This document shows positions 23,701 through 34,820 of a DNA stretch of 64,000 nucleotides, piece by piece. The position numbers were made by a program, and so were the translations under genes. The DNA is from Phaeosaccion multiseriatum (lineage: Eukaryota; Protista; Ochrophyta, other classes): positions 248,001 through 312,000 of the forward strand of contig OZ218951.1 in NCBI GenBank assembly GCA_965112735.1, in the 5' to 3' direction. Positions within the stretch are counted from its first letter, which is position 1, and each line of letters begins with the position of its first letter. A model generated the notes under the pieces. The model was not told where the DNA came from. It made no database searches and worked only from the letters and a program-made list of their open reading frames with translations.

Positions 23701-26700
23701 AGCCGTCATCCGCGCGGTGGGCCCATTATGGTTCACAGCCGAGCCTCGCAGGACAGCCAGCACCTCATCGTCGTTGGCAAGGGCGTCGTCTAGGCGCTTC
23801 ACCACGATTGCTCCGCACCCCTCGCCTCTGACGTAGCCGTTGGCGGCCTTGTCAAATGTTTTACAGTGCCTTGAGAGTGAGGACGGAAGGGGGAAATAGG
23901 GAAGATTTAGCTAAGAAGGCGGGAGGAGAAAGGGGCGATTTAAGGGGCGATTTAAGGTTCTCAGGTTCTCACTCTACCTCCCTGAACGAAACAGTGGTGC
24001 ATGACCAGGTGCCTACCGACTACCTTATCGGGCCTTCACCTGCAGAGCATCATACTCACTAACTTCCTCCCTCCCCTCCCTCCCTCCCTCTCCTCCCTCC
24101 CGCCCCTCCCTCCCTCCCTCCCTCTCCTCCTTCCTTCCTCCCTGCCCCGCCCCCCTCTCTCCTCCTCCCTCACGCACACTCAAGCACTCACCCGTCTGGC
24201 GAGAGAAACCCTCCTGAGGAAAGGAGCTTGAAGGGCGCCTCGCTGAGAAGCAGGTTCACTCCACCGACCACAGCTGTGTCACACTTGCCCAATCGAAGGC
24301 TGCTGCAGGCGTTGTCCAGGGCGACCAAGGAAGAGGAGCACGCCGTGTCTACTGTTGAGCTCGGCCCCTTCAACCCCAGCGCGTAGGAAACTCGGTTGGC
24401 CAAATTCGACATGGAGGCTCCTGACGCCGCGTACACGCCCTCGCTCGCCTCGCCAGCTCCTTGGCTTGCTTTGGCCTGCAGCCAATCGCTTCCAGCGCAG
24501 CCGATGAAGACCCCTGTCTCGCTCTTACGGAGACTGCTCTTGTCACAGCCTGCCCTGTGCAGCGCCTCGAAGGCCACCTCCAGCAGCACGCGCTGGTTGG
24601 GGTCCATGCTTTCCGCTTCCGCTGACGAAATGCCGAAGAAGGTGTTGTCGAAGAGGTGGACGCCCTCTATGAAGCCTCCTCGCCACTCCTTCGAGCCGCC
24701 TCCCCACCTGTCTGCTGGAGCTGTAGAGATGCAGTCCGATCCCGTGCAAAGCATGCTCCAGAAACCTTGGGGCGAAGTCACTCCTCCTGGAAAGCGGCAC
24801 GCCATGCCCACCACCGCCAGCGGAGCTCGCATGCCTTGAGGCGAAGCCGAGGTGGGGCGCAAACCTCGCATTGGGTCTGTGGTAGCCCTTCCCATTACCT
24901 CGCCATCAAGCCAGCCCACAAGCTCCGCCACGCTGGGATACTCAAACAGCACATCGGCGGTGGCTGTAACCCCCAAGTCAGTTTGAAGGCGATTCCGCAC
25001 CTCCACGAGTGCCATCGAATCCAGGCCTGCCTCCATCAAGGGCACATTGTCGTCCAGCGGGGGCATGTCTGCATCAACGCACTTCAGCACGGTCGCCTTG
25101 AGCGCTTCCAGGAGAGCAACGCGTCGATCCTCTGGGGAGAGAGCAGAGAGAGTCTCGCGCAGCTGTGCGAGGGCGTCTCCAGCTGGGGGAGGAGCAGACG
25201 CAGCACCCTCGTAATCATGTGCTGGTGTTGCCCTCTTCGGGAGGGGAAACTCTCGCGACGAGGGGAATCCCTGCCAAGGGGTGCCCACTCTCTCTGCTGC
25301 GCCTTTGGGCCTCATGCCGCCATAGCTGCCCAAGATGACGTGGGCGTTGAAGCCGCCAACGCCGTAGGAATTCACCCCTGCGAGCAGCGTCGAGCCGTCG
25401 GAGCAGTAGGAGGAGAGAGGCGTCCTTCGGGTGGGCAGCGTGACGGGCACGCCCTCCAGCTTCAGGTTGGGGTTGACCTCCTTCAGGTGTAGGTTGGCTG
25501 GGGCCTCTCGCTGTTGTACTACCAAGATGGCCTTGATGAGCTGAGCCATCCCTGACGCCCCTTCCATGTGGCCTAGAGTAGTCTTGACAGTGCCCACTAC
25601 AAGGGGGGAGGCATCAGGCCTGTTGGGGGTGAACGCTGCCTTGAGAGCGCCTAATGAGTATCACGCGACGTGCGTTCGTGCGTGCGTGCATGAGGGACGG
25701 AGAGAGAGAAGGAGGGAGAGAGGGAGGGAGGGAGGGAGGGAGGGAGGGAGGGAGAGTAGAAGGGAGGGAGGGAGGGAGGGAGGGAGGGAGGGAGGGAAGG
25801 AGGGAGGGAGGGAGGGAGGGAGGGAGGGAGGGAGGGAGGGAGGGAGGGAGGGAGGGAGGGAGGGAGGGAGGGAGGGAGGGAGGGAGGGAGGGAGGGAGGG
25901 AGAGAGGGAGAGGGAGGAAGGAAAGAATGGAAGGAGGGAGGAGGGAGGGAGGGAGGGACGAGGGGAGGGCACGAATAAGCGTTGTTTACTATGTCTCATC
26001 ACAGCATCATTTGTCTAGTTGAGACGTAAGAGAGACATCACAATGATGGTCCAACACGAATGCCCCTCTTTTAACCCCTTTGCCTCCTTCAACGTACCCA
26101 GCTCGATGGTGTCGCCCATGACCGTTCCCGTGGCGTGAGCCTCAACGTAGCCCACTTCTCTCCCCTCGCACCCTGCCTGCCGCAGGGCGCTCCTCGCCAA
26201 GCTCTCTTGGGCGGCTCCCTTGGGGGCGGACAGAGAAGTGCTGACGCCATTGTGGCTGACAGCCGCTGCCTTGATGACGGCAAGGATGTTGTCTCCGTCC
26301 TTGATGGCGTCCGGCAGGGACTTTAGCACGACGGCCCCGCTGCCCTCACTGCGCACGTAGCCGTCCCCGGCCGCGTCAAAGGATTTGCAGTACCTGGAGA
26401 ACGAGACGGGACACAGGAAGCAGAGTTGGGGGGGGGGATGGATCAGTGTCCAAGCAAGGGACCAGAGAGAAGAGAAAGGGCGCTTTGGAAGGAAGAAAAT
26501 AGATGCAGAGCTGCAGGAGCACACTCACCCTTCCTTCGACAGAAGCCCCGCACTGGCTAGGCCGCCAAAGCCTTGGTCATGGAGCAGCAGGTTGACCCCG
26601 CCAACGACGGCAGAGCTGCACTGCCTCAGTTTCAGACTGTTGCACGCGTTGCTGAGGGCCACTAGGGCCGACGAACATGCTGCGTCTACGCTTTCGCATG

Positions 26701-29700
26701 GACCTACGAGGCCGAGTGTGTGCGAAATGCGGCCAGCGAAACATGCTCGGCTTGCCCCTGCCAACGTGTAGGCGCTGAGAGAAACGCCATCCGCGCTCTC
26801 ACGCAGCAAAGCGGGCCAGTCACTCCCTGCAGCGCCCACAAACACGCCAACTCGGTGACCTTCAAGCCTGCGTCGGCCCTCGTAGCCGGCTCTGTGCAGA
26901 GCCTCGTACGCAACTTCGAGCATGATGCGCTGGTTGGGATCTTGGGCCTCCGCCTCGGCGGTGGACATGCCGAAGAATGCGTTGTCGAACGCTTCAACAC
27001 CGTCGATGAAGCCACCTGTCGCATGACGGGGAGAGGAGGAGCGTCCAAAATGGGGTGAGCGGGGCACAGAGACGGGCAAAGAAGCGCCCAGCAAGCTTCC
27101 ATGCCCTCTACGAGTAACATTTGCAAGCCTCGTGGACACAGGGTAGAAACGCACCTCTCACTCCTGTTCCCAAGTCTCGCTCAAGGGGTGCATCGGTGAC
27201 GCAGTCCTCCTCATTGCACAGCTTCGCCCAGAGCTCTTCCGGGCTGTTGCAGCCACCGGGGAACCGACAGGCCATCCCAATGACTGCAATGTCGCCGCTG
27301 CTACCGTCAGAAGAAGGGACCCCAGGAATGGAGCGAGGCAGTCCGTCAACGGAAGCGTCGTCCTCCTCCTCTTCTTCTCCAAACAGGACCGTCTCCAGGT
27401 GAGCTGCGAGTAGAGCTGGTGTCGGATAGTCAAAGAGGGCGTCGGCCCCAATCTCAGAATCCTTGTCGCTCCCGTCTTCAGTCTTCTCGCTGCCCAGAAA
27501 GTCCTCGAGCATCACCGCCAGCTCGGCCATCATCACCGAGGTCATGCCCGCCTCCATGAAGCGGTCGTCGGCGGTCAAATCTCCATTATGCGTGACCTCT
27601 ACGGCAAACTCGAGGAGCTTCTCCAAGATGATGGCCACCCTTGCCTCCCTACCGAGGCCCTCCATAGCACGCATGGCCAGACCGTCTTCTCCTCCTCCTC
27701 TCCCCTCCGGGACACCGCCTTCGACGAAGCAAGCCCTTTCCTCTGGAGCTGAGCACACGCTGGCAAGGTTCACAGGAGGAGAGTCCTGTCGGTGTGGGTT
27801 GGGGGAGAAATGGACACGACAAGTGGGGTGAGACTCGACGCAAAGCCCTCAGCAGACGATTCCCTCACACAACGGCACGGATGAAAAGGGCTGTGAAGGG
27901 CAAGTACCAAAGCACACAGATTGAAGGGGGCAAAGGATTAGAGAGATGGGCAAGAGGCCTCCACTCCCGCTCACTCGCACCTGTGACATCGCAGTGCGGT
28001 CCTCGATGAGCTCGTGCACCATGTGCAGCTCGCCAGCGTGAAGCGCCTGTCTCGTCGCCCGCCGTCGGATCTTGCCGCTCGTGGTCTTGGGGATGGTCCT
28101 CTGCTTGATGGCCACCACCTTCGCCGCTCTGAGACCCAAGGAGGACGACAAGGCGGCCTGAGCGGCCTCCACCACTGCCTGGGCCTCGCCCTCTCGCTCT
28201 TGGCGGATCTCGAACACCACCTCCAGCACACCGTCCCCTCCCGTCTCGTCGGAGGAGAAGGCCGCAATGCAGCCCTGCCGAACGGCGCTGGAGGCCTCTT
28301 GCACAGCGAACTCGATGTCCTGCGGGTAGTGGTTGACCCCATTGAAGATGATGAGGTCCTTGATGCGGCCGCAGATGTACAGCAAACCCTCCTCCACAAA
28401 GCCCACGTCGCCTGTCCGTAGGTACTGGCGAGGAGGCAAGCTGTCACTGCCCCCAGCCCCACCCTGGAGAGAGAGCTTCGCCTGGAACACCTCCTTCAAC
28501 AGCTCGGGCTTGCCCCAGTACCCGGCGGCGACAGAGGGAGAGGAGACCCAGACCTCTCCCGTGGCTCCTGCTTCGCCGACCTCGGCCATGGTGTCGGGAT
28601 TGACAATTCGAATGTCCATAAAGTCTGCCCTCTCGCTCGGGGAGCCGACGCTGGTGAGGTCGGGGCGAGAAGGCGATCGATCGAGGACAGTGGTCCAGGA
28701 GACTGGGGAAAGTGTGCAATGGGGTGGGGAAGGCGAGAGAACGAGCGAATTAGTCGTTGGACCGATTCCTACACTGAGAGAGAATGAAATGCACCACTGC
28801 CTGCTGTCCCTTCGCCTCCACCCGGCCCCCCTTCTGTGCAGACTTCTTACCTAGAACCACGTGCTCAGCGAGCCCGTACGCAGCCGAGAACCACCTTACA
28901 GTGCACAAGTCACAGAGAGGCACGTACAAGGGAGAGGTATGAGGTTAAAAACCACTCACCGGCCGAAAAAAGGGGGGAGCACGGAGGATGTCGTGACAGG
29001 TCTCTCGAGCTCAAGCGCAGTCATAGCTCCTGCCGCACACTCACTCACCCCTGCCGGAGGCCGAAAGGCAGGAAGGCCCCTTCGAACCTCTCCACCGTCT
29101 CCGCTCGGATTGGCTCGGCTCCCGACTGCAGTCTGACCACGTGGGACAGATCCAGCTTGGGCTCCTTGCGAGTGCCGCGCACCTTGGCCATGTAGCGGGC
29201 GCAGAGGGCGTAGGCGAAGTCGGGGGCGACAGACCACTCCACGCGGTGTCGAGAGATGAGCTCCAGCCAGAGCAGGGGCCGCTTGATGAAGCTCACGGGG
29301 GACATGTAGTGCATAGTCATGCCCGTCAGGAAGGGGGTGAGGAGGCCGAGTACGAGGCCCATGTCCTGAGAAGCAAGGAGAAAGTAAGCAGGGTAGTGAG
29401 TGGGGCGCGAGTGAGCAACAGCAAAAGGCAAGACGAGGCGAAATGGAGAGCAGAGGCAGGGGTGTCCGGCCGCACATCGTTTCTCCCCTTCCTCACGCTT
29501 GCTTGGCGCTTCGTTCCTGGCCGTCCGTTTCCACATTTCTCCTCCCTTCATCTGTCCTGCCTCTGCTTCCTCGCTCCCTCGCTCGCTCACCTTCCCCCCA
29601 CTATATACAAGTCAACTCACATGATACTGGGGCAACCACGAGAAGCCCGTGGTTGGCACATTATGGATCCGCTCACTTGGTGCAGCCCTCTGGGTACGAC

Positions 29701-30696
29701 CGCTGCTGCTCGCCTCAGGCTGGTCTGATGGGGAGTCTCCAGCCTTGTGCGAGGGCCACAAGCGGTACATCCCCGTGGCGGGGTGGCAGCCGATGAGATA
29801 CACATTGGCCATGAGCGCTCCGAAGGTTACCATGACGCCCTTGGGGTCACCGGTGGAACCGCTGGTGTACTGCAGAAACGCCAGGTCCTCTTTGGCCACG
29901 CTCAGCTCGTCAAAGCTCCTCCTCCCTGCGCCTGACGAGGAGGAGAAGAAGAAGCTCAGAAGCAAACCCCCATCCGTAGCCTTAAAGTCGAGGTCCGCAG
30001 GCCACAGCTTGCGCGAGTCAGAGAGTGGATTGGACCTGTCCACTCTGCGCACAGCTGCTATCGTGGAGTCGGTGAGGCACAGCACGGGCTTACAGTCCGC
30101 CACGATCTTGCTCATCTTGGGCAGTGACTTGGACAGGGGAGGAGCAGGCGGGTACACCATCACCGCCACCACGCCCGCTCTCAGGCAGCCCAGGAAGGCG
30201 GCGAAGAAATGCAGGCCCGGCCCGTAGCACAGCACCACCATGCTGCCCTTGGGCACGCCCCACTCCTCGCGCAGCATGTAGGCAATCTTGCCCGCCTGAG
30301 GAAGGGTTGGGAGAAGAACGTTTGCATCTTGGGTTAATTATCACAAAGTGTCTAGTAGGAGTACCGGGGGGGGTTAAGGTGCAAGACTACAGCACGCCAG
30401 CAGCAGCTGAATCGGCGTGAGAAAGCAAGCAAGGGCATCAACATCTCCACGGAACGTCTGACCTCCACGGAATGTTTGTTCGTTGCTTTGCTTACCTCAT
30501 CCCACATGCGTCTGAAGCTGTACCTCTCCGCCTCTTTGCCCTTGCCATCGTACCAGAAGGCAAAGGGCTTGTCGCCGAGGTCAGCAACAACCTCATGAGC
30601 CCTCCTCAGTAGAGGAGCGAGAGAAGAAGAGGCCGCGACTCCCTCGATTCCGCCTCGTTGTCTCCCTGGAGACGTCACGGTTTCTTGTTCCTCCAT
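8799..30696 (-). CDS. Hybrid FAAL-PKS-NRPS megasynthase with Pls-like membrane terminal domain (~6,490 aa, 13 exons)
   Basis: Exons 30496-30696, 29621-30295, 29049-29365, 28851-28894, 27981-28702, 27155-27785, 26529-27015, 26098-26393, 24192-25650, 19577-23869, 12255-19416, 11521-12069 and 8799-11435. All are GT-AG and phase-compatible; total 19,473 nt = 6,491 codons. Splicing restores the split motifs WLPQYH|DMGL, YRT|GDLVR and SPDG|HCKTFD. The start ATG is uncertain. Confidence 0.92.
9030..11230 (-). other. Pls-like terminal domain: paired TM segments alternating with three left-handed beta-helix acyltransferase-like repeats
   Basis: Three repeats start [17 protein letters not shown] and LLGASVGKD, each followed by hexapeptide I/V-x-I-G strings ([44 protein letters not shown]). 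Hydrophobic helices lie between them, plus the motif [20 protein letters not shown]. Confidence 0.8.
11390..14900 (-). other. NRPS module: C-A-PCP
   Basis: [11 protein letters not shown]; [84 protein letters not shown]; [17 protein letters not shown]. Confidence 0.92.
15020..20205 (-). other. PKS module 3: KS-DH-ER-KR-ACP (no AT)
   Basis: [25 protein letters not shown]; [16 protein letters not shown] and HPAVLD; [12 protein letters not shown]; [30 protein letters not shown]; [17 protein letters not shown]. Confidence 0.9.
20280..24825 (-). other. PKS module 2: KS-AT(malonyl-type)-KR-ACP
   Basis: [28 protein letters not shown]; [23 protein letters not shown]; [22 protein letters not shown]; [16 protein letters not shown]. 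Confidence 0.9.
24900..27295 (-). other. PKS module 1: KS-ACP (no AT, no reductive domains)
   Basis: [40 protein letters not shown]; a short linker leads directly to [20 protein letters not shown]. Confidence 0.88.
27981..30620 (-). other. Fatty acyl-AMP ligase (FAAL)-type loading domain; ACP1 follows at ~27390-27640
   Basis: [68 protein letters not shown]; ACP1 [14 protein letters not shown]. Confidence 0.88.
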
Positions 30697-31055
30697 TTCG
30701 TCGCCTGCTGGAGAGTCTCGCTCCCGCAAGACTTGCGTCACCCCCCCTATTGGAACGTTACGACGGCCTTCCTCGCCCCTGGAACCTTCATTTCCATTGG
30801 CGTGGCGGGAGAGGAAGGGCTGCGTCACACCTCCCAGGCATCGTCCCCTCCTCGTGCACGATCCATCCTCACTTTTCGTCCCCTTTAAGCACCAATAAGA
30901 TCTTAGCAGCAAGAAATGGCACTGGTGGGCCCTCCCTTTTTTCATTTGAGTACTTTTTATTTTAATTTTCCCTTCTTTCTCTTCAGAAGATTGGTGTCTT
31001 TTTCTAAACGGTTACGTTGAATCCGGGTAGACAAGATCCACCCCCTCGGCTCCAG

Positions 31056-32647
31056 GCGAGGCTTCTCGGAGCTTGAACTTTCTTCTTATTGGGATTTCTT
31101 CAAGTAGCATCGCGGCGCCAGCCAATCATCTCCCACCTCAGCGACAACAGATGGAGAGAGCCATGGCTGATCACCAGGCTCTTCCCGGAGAGAGACGAGA
31201 CCCCAGCGCATGGGGCACGCACCTGTCGGTGGCAGAGGGGACCAGCCGGCCGCGGGTGATGCCCCCGGGGGGGGCGAGACACAGCCTGGGGGTGAGGGCG
31301 GGAGCAGACTTAGGCGAAGAGGGTGATGTTGGGATCGAAGTGATCCACCCTGGGGTGGGGGCGGAAGGGTGCGACGCAGCTGCAGGGCAGCAGGGGACCG
31401 CAGATGGACCAGCCTCCGATAGCGAGGCAGACCCAGGGGGGGGGAGTGACGAAGACCCAGGGGGTGGAAGTGACGAAGACCCAGGGGGTAAGCATGACGT
31501 GGAACCAGGAGGGGATGACGATAATGAGGGCGGCCGGCCACGCTGGCGGACAGAGGAAACCAAGATGTTGGACGGGGCTGGACCCTCCATCCCACACAGC
31601 CGACACGGGGAGAGGCGAGGTGCCCAGAAGCGCTTTACCAACAAGCTCCTCACGTCGAAGGCGAGGACAGACTTTCTGGAACGCCTGAAAGCGATCCCAC
31701 AGCAGGACGAACGGGAGAAGGGCCTGGCCAGAGCCCTCAGCCACAGTGTGAAGGGGGCTGGTGGTTGGCTTCATCTTCGACCTACCAAGAAGGCAGGGGG
31801 AGCACTCCACCTCACGGACGCCGAGCATAAGGGTGCCATTCGGAGACGGCTGGGCATCGATCCCACCTACAGCAGGGACTGCCATAAGTGCCCTGGCAAG
31901 ACGCTGACGGAGGGGCATATCATCACCTGCACTAAGACGGGGCTCGGCACACCCCAACACGACGCTGTGCAGAAGGCACTCGTCGCCCTGATGAAGAGCG
32001 AAGCAAGGCCTTGGCAGAGGGATAGTGCAGAACACCGGCTTCCCCTTCTTTATGAGGGCAAGAACGGTCACCCCGCGACGAGGGAGAGGGGGGAGCAACG
32101 CCGTGAGGGGTGACGCCCACGTGGCCAAGCAGATGGAGATGGACATTGTGACTCCCCCCAGGATGTTTGAGCTTCCATCCGACCACGAATATGGGGACGG
32201 CCACAAGCAAGTCCCTGATGATCGACGTCACGCTCACTGATGCCACTAACACCACCAATCGTGGCAAGGCATCGAAGGAGGCACTCGCGGCAGCCAAGAA
32301 GGCTGAAGCAACCAAGCGCACCAAGTATGGGGTGCCACAAGCCGGCATGGAAGGCCAGGGTGGAGATATCCACTATGACCCCACGAGGTACCATCTCGTC
32401 CCTTTCGGTATGGAACAACAAGGCGCATTTGGTCCGTCTGCCCAGGTGTTTATTAAAACACTCGCTGGGGGCATGTCCAGCCATCAGGGCTTATGCGAGG
32501 GCTGTTTGCGTCATTCGGCGGCGCTTAGCCGTTGCGCTCCAGCGGGCCCGACACGAAAGGTCGATTCGACATAGGATCCTGGCTGGCATCAACTTTATGT
32601 CGATGGGGAGAACTGACGCATCGGAGGGATACGACCTCGGGGGCTAA
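31056..32647 (+). mobile_element. Degenerate, 5'-truncated non-LTR retrotransposon (CRE/R2-type restriction-like endonuclease C-terminus)
   Basis: Across ~3 frameshifts: AGGWL..P, AIRRRLG, CCHC finger CHKC...GHIITC, QHDAVQKAL (RHD), MDIV...LMIDVT (PD..D), AEATKRTKY, LVPFGMEQQGAFG, RRRLAVALQR. No RT domain visible. Confidence 0.75.
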
Positions 32648-32916
32648 GTTCCCCGGGGCGGGTGAGACATTACTATTAGACAATCATAGATGGCACTTGA
32701 CTTAGCTAAGGGTGTAAACACCAACATGCTTCTCGGGCCCCCCGAAAAGCAGAAGCCTGAGGCGGCCTGCGGCCGAAAGCAAGAAGCCCGGGGCTGGCCT
32801 GCGGCCAGAAGCCTGCAGGAAAGTAGCGAGAAGCCCAAGTCTCCCATTTTTTTTCCGCGCTTGGAAAGTGATACACGTGGGCTGCTGGTCGAAATAATGA
32901 TACACTCTTCATTCCA

Positions 32917-34820
32917 TCGGCTCCAGACTGGCCTAGAAGCCAACGCCTAGAGACGAAAATCGGCCGGCCTAGGCGGGCCGCAGGCCCCCGGCCTAGGCCT
33001 TTCTTTGGCGCAGCCCCCCCGGCCTAGGCCTATCGACCCTGGACAGGATTAGCTACGGTGTGCGCCGGCCGTACTCAGTAATCAGCCCCCGGCTGGCGCA
33101 CGCATAATCCGTACTCAGGCCGGCTGGTCACCAGCTGTAAGCAACCAGGCCGGCTGGCGCCGGTCATAATCAGTAACCAGGCCGACTGCGCCCGTAATCA
33201 GTAATCAGATAATCTTGTCCAGGGTCGACTCCCTCCCTCCCTCCCTCCCTCCCTCCCTCCCGCCCTCCCTCCCTCCCTCCCTCCCTTCCTCCCTCCCTCC
33301 CTCCCTCCCTCCCTCCCTCGCTCCCTCGCTCCCTCCCTCCCTCCGCCCCTCCCTTTCTCCCTCTTTCTATACCTCCATCCCTCCCTCCCTCCCATCCCGC
33401 TATTCCTCCCTGTGGAAAGTCGATTCGTAAGGCAATGGCCCAGGCCCAGGCAGACACGGTGAGAACGAGTGGCATGGCTCTCACTATCCTATGTGCGTAG
33501 GTGGTCGTTTAGGACTAGCATGCGATAAGTTAATAGAGGCAAGGCTGGCTGCTAGGCTGGCGTTGGGGTTGCTGTTACCTTGTCCGTGTGTCTAGTTCTA
33601 TCCTATCTGTAGGCGACAGCGCATGTCGCTTTACACTATCTGTAGGCGACAACGCTTGTCGTTCTACATCCCTCCCTACCTCCTTTTATCCCTCTACCCC
33701 TCTGTCCCTCCCTCTCTCCCACCCTCCCTCCCTCCCTCTGTCCCTCCCTCCCTCCCTCCCTCCCTCCCCCCCTCCCTGCCTCCCTCCCTCCCTCCCTCCC
33801 TCCCGCCCTCCCTCCCTCCTTCCTTCCTCCCTCCCTCCCTCCCTCCCTCCCTCCCTCCGCCCCTCCCTTCCTCCTTCCTTCTATCCCTCCCTCCCTCCCT
33901 CCCTCCCTCCCTCTCTCTATCCCGCTATCCCTCCGCCCTCCCTACCTCCTCGTATCCGTCTATCCCACTGTCCCTCCCTCCCTCCCTCGCTCCCTCCCTC
34001 CCTCCGCCCCTCCCTTTCTCCCTCTTTCTATACCTCCATCCCTCCCTCCCTCCCATCCCGCTATTCCTCCCTGTGGAAAGTCGATTCGTAAGGCAATGGC
34101 CCAGGCCCAGGCAGACACGGTGAGAACGAGTGGCATGGCTCTCACTATCCTATGTGCGTAGGTGGTCGTTTAGGACTAGCATGCGATAAGTTAATAGAGG
34201 CAAGGCTGGCTGCTAGGCTGGCTTTGGGGTTGCTGTTACCTTGTCCGTGTGTCTAGTTCTATCCTATCTGTAGGCGACAGCGCATGTCGCTTTACACTAT
34301 CTGTAGGCGACAGCGCTTGTCGTTCTACATCCCTCCCTACCTCCTTCTATCCCTCTACCCCTCTGTCCCTCCCTCTCTCCCACCCTCCCTCCTTCCCTCT
34401 GTCCCTCCCTCCCTCCCTCCCTCCCTCCTTCCTCCCTCCCTCCCTCCTTCCTCCCTCCCTCCCTCCCTCCCTCCCCCCCTCCCTCCCTCCTTCCTTCCTC
34501 CCTCCCTCCCTCCCTCCCTCCCCCCCTCCCTCCCCTCCCTCCCCTCCCTCCCTGACCCTGGACAAGATTACGGTGTGCGCCGGCTGTAATCAGTAATCAG
34601 CCCCCGGCTGGCGCATAATCAGTAATCAGGCCGGCTGGTCACCGGCTGTAATCAGCAACCAGGCCGGCTGGCGCCATAATCAGTAATCAGGCCGGCTGCG
34701 CCGGCTGTAATCAGTAATCAGATAGGTCGAGGCCTAGGTCTAGAACCGCCGGCCTGGGGGAGAAAAAATGGCCGGTCTAGAGCGGCCAACGGCCGCCGGC
34801 CTAGGCCAGTCTGGAGCCGA
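32917..34820. mobile_element. Composite non-autonomous element with 20-bp TIRs, two internal mini-elements and a ~660-bp tandem duplication
   Basis: TCGGCTCCAGACTGGCCTAG (32917) and CTAGGCCAGTCTGGAGCCGA (ends 34820); GGCCTAG subterminal repeats; ~33340-33740 repeated at ~34001-34400. Confidence 0.7.

Noticed and set aside
8559-30420. Many plus-strand ORFs overlapping the megasynthase
   Set aside because: Antisense shadows expected in GC-rich coding DNA; no motifs
8799-30945. Treating the 874-, 2432-, 1410- and 469-aa ORFs as separate genes of a bacterial-style cluster
   Set aside because: The breaks fall inside domains and are bridged by phase-compatible GT-AG introns
33170-34596. ORFs within the composite repeat element
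   Set aside because: Dominated by (CCCT)n; no transposase or RT motifs
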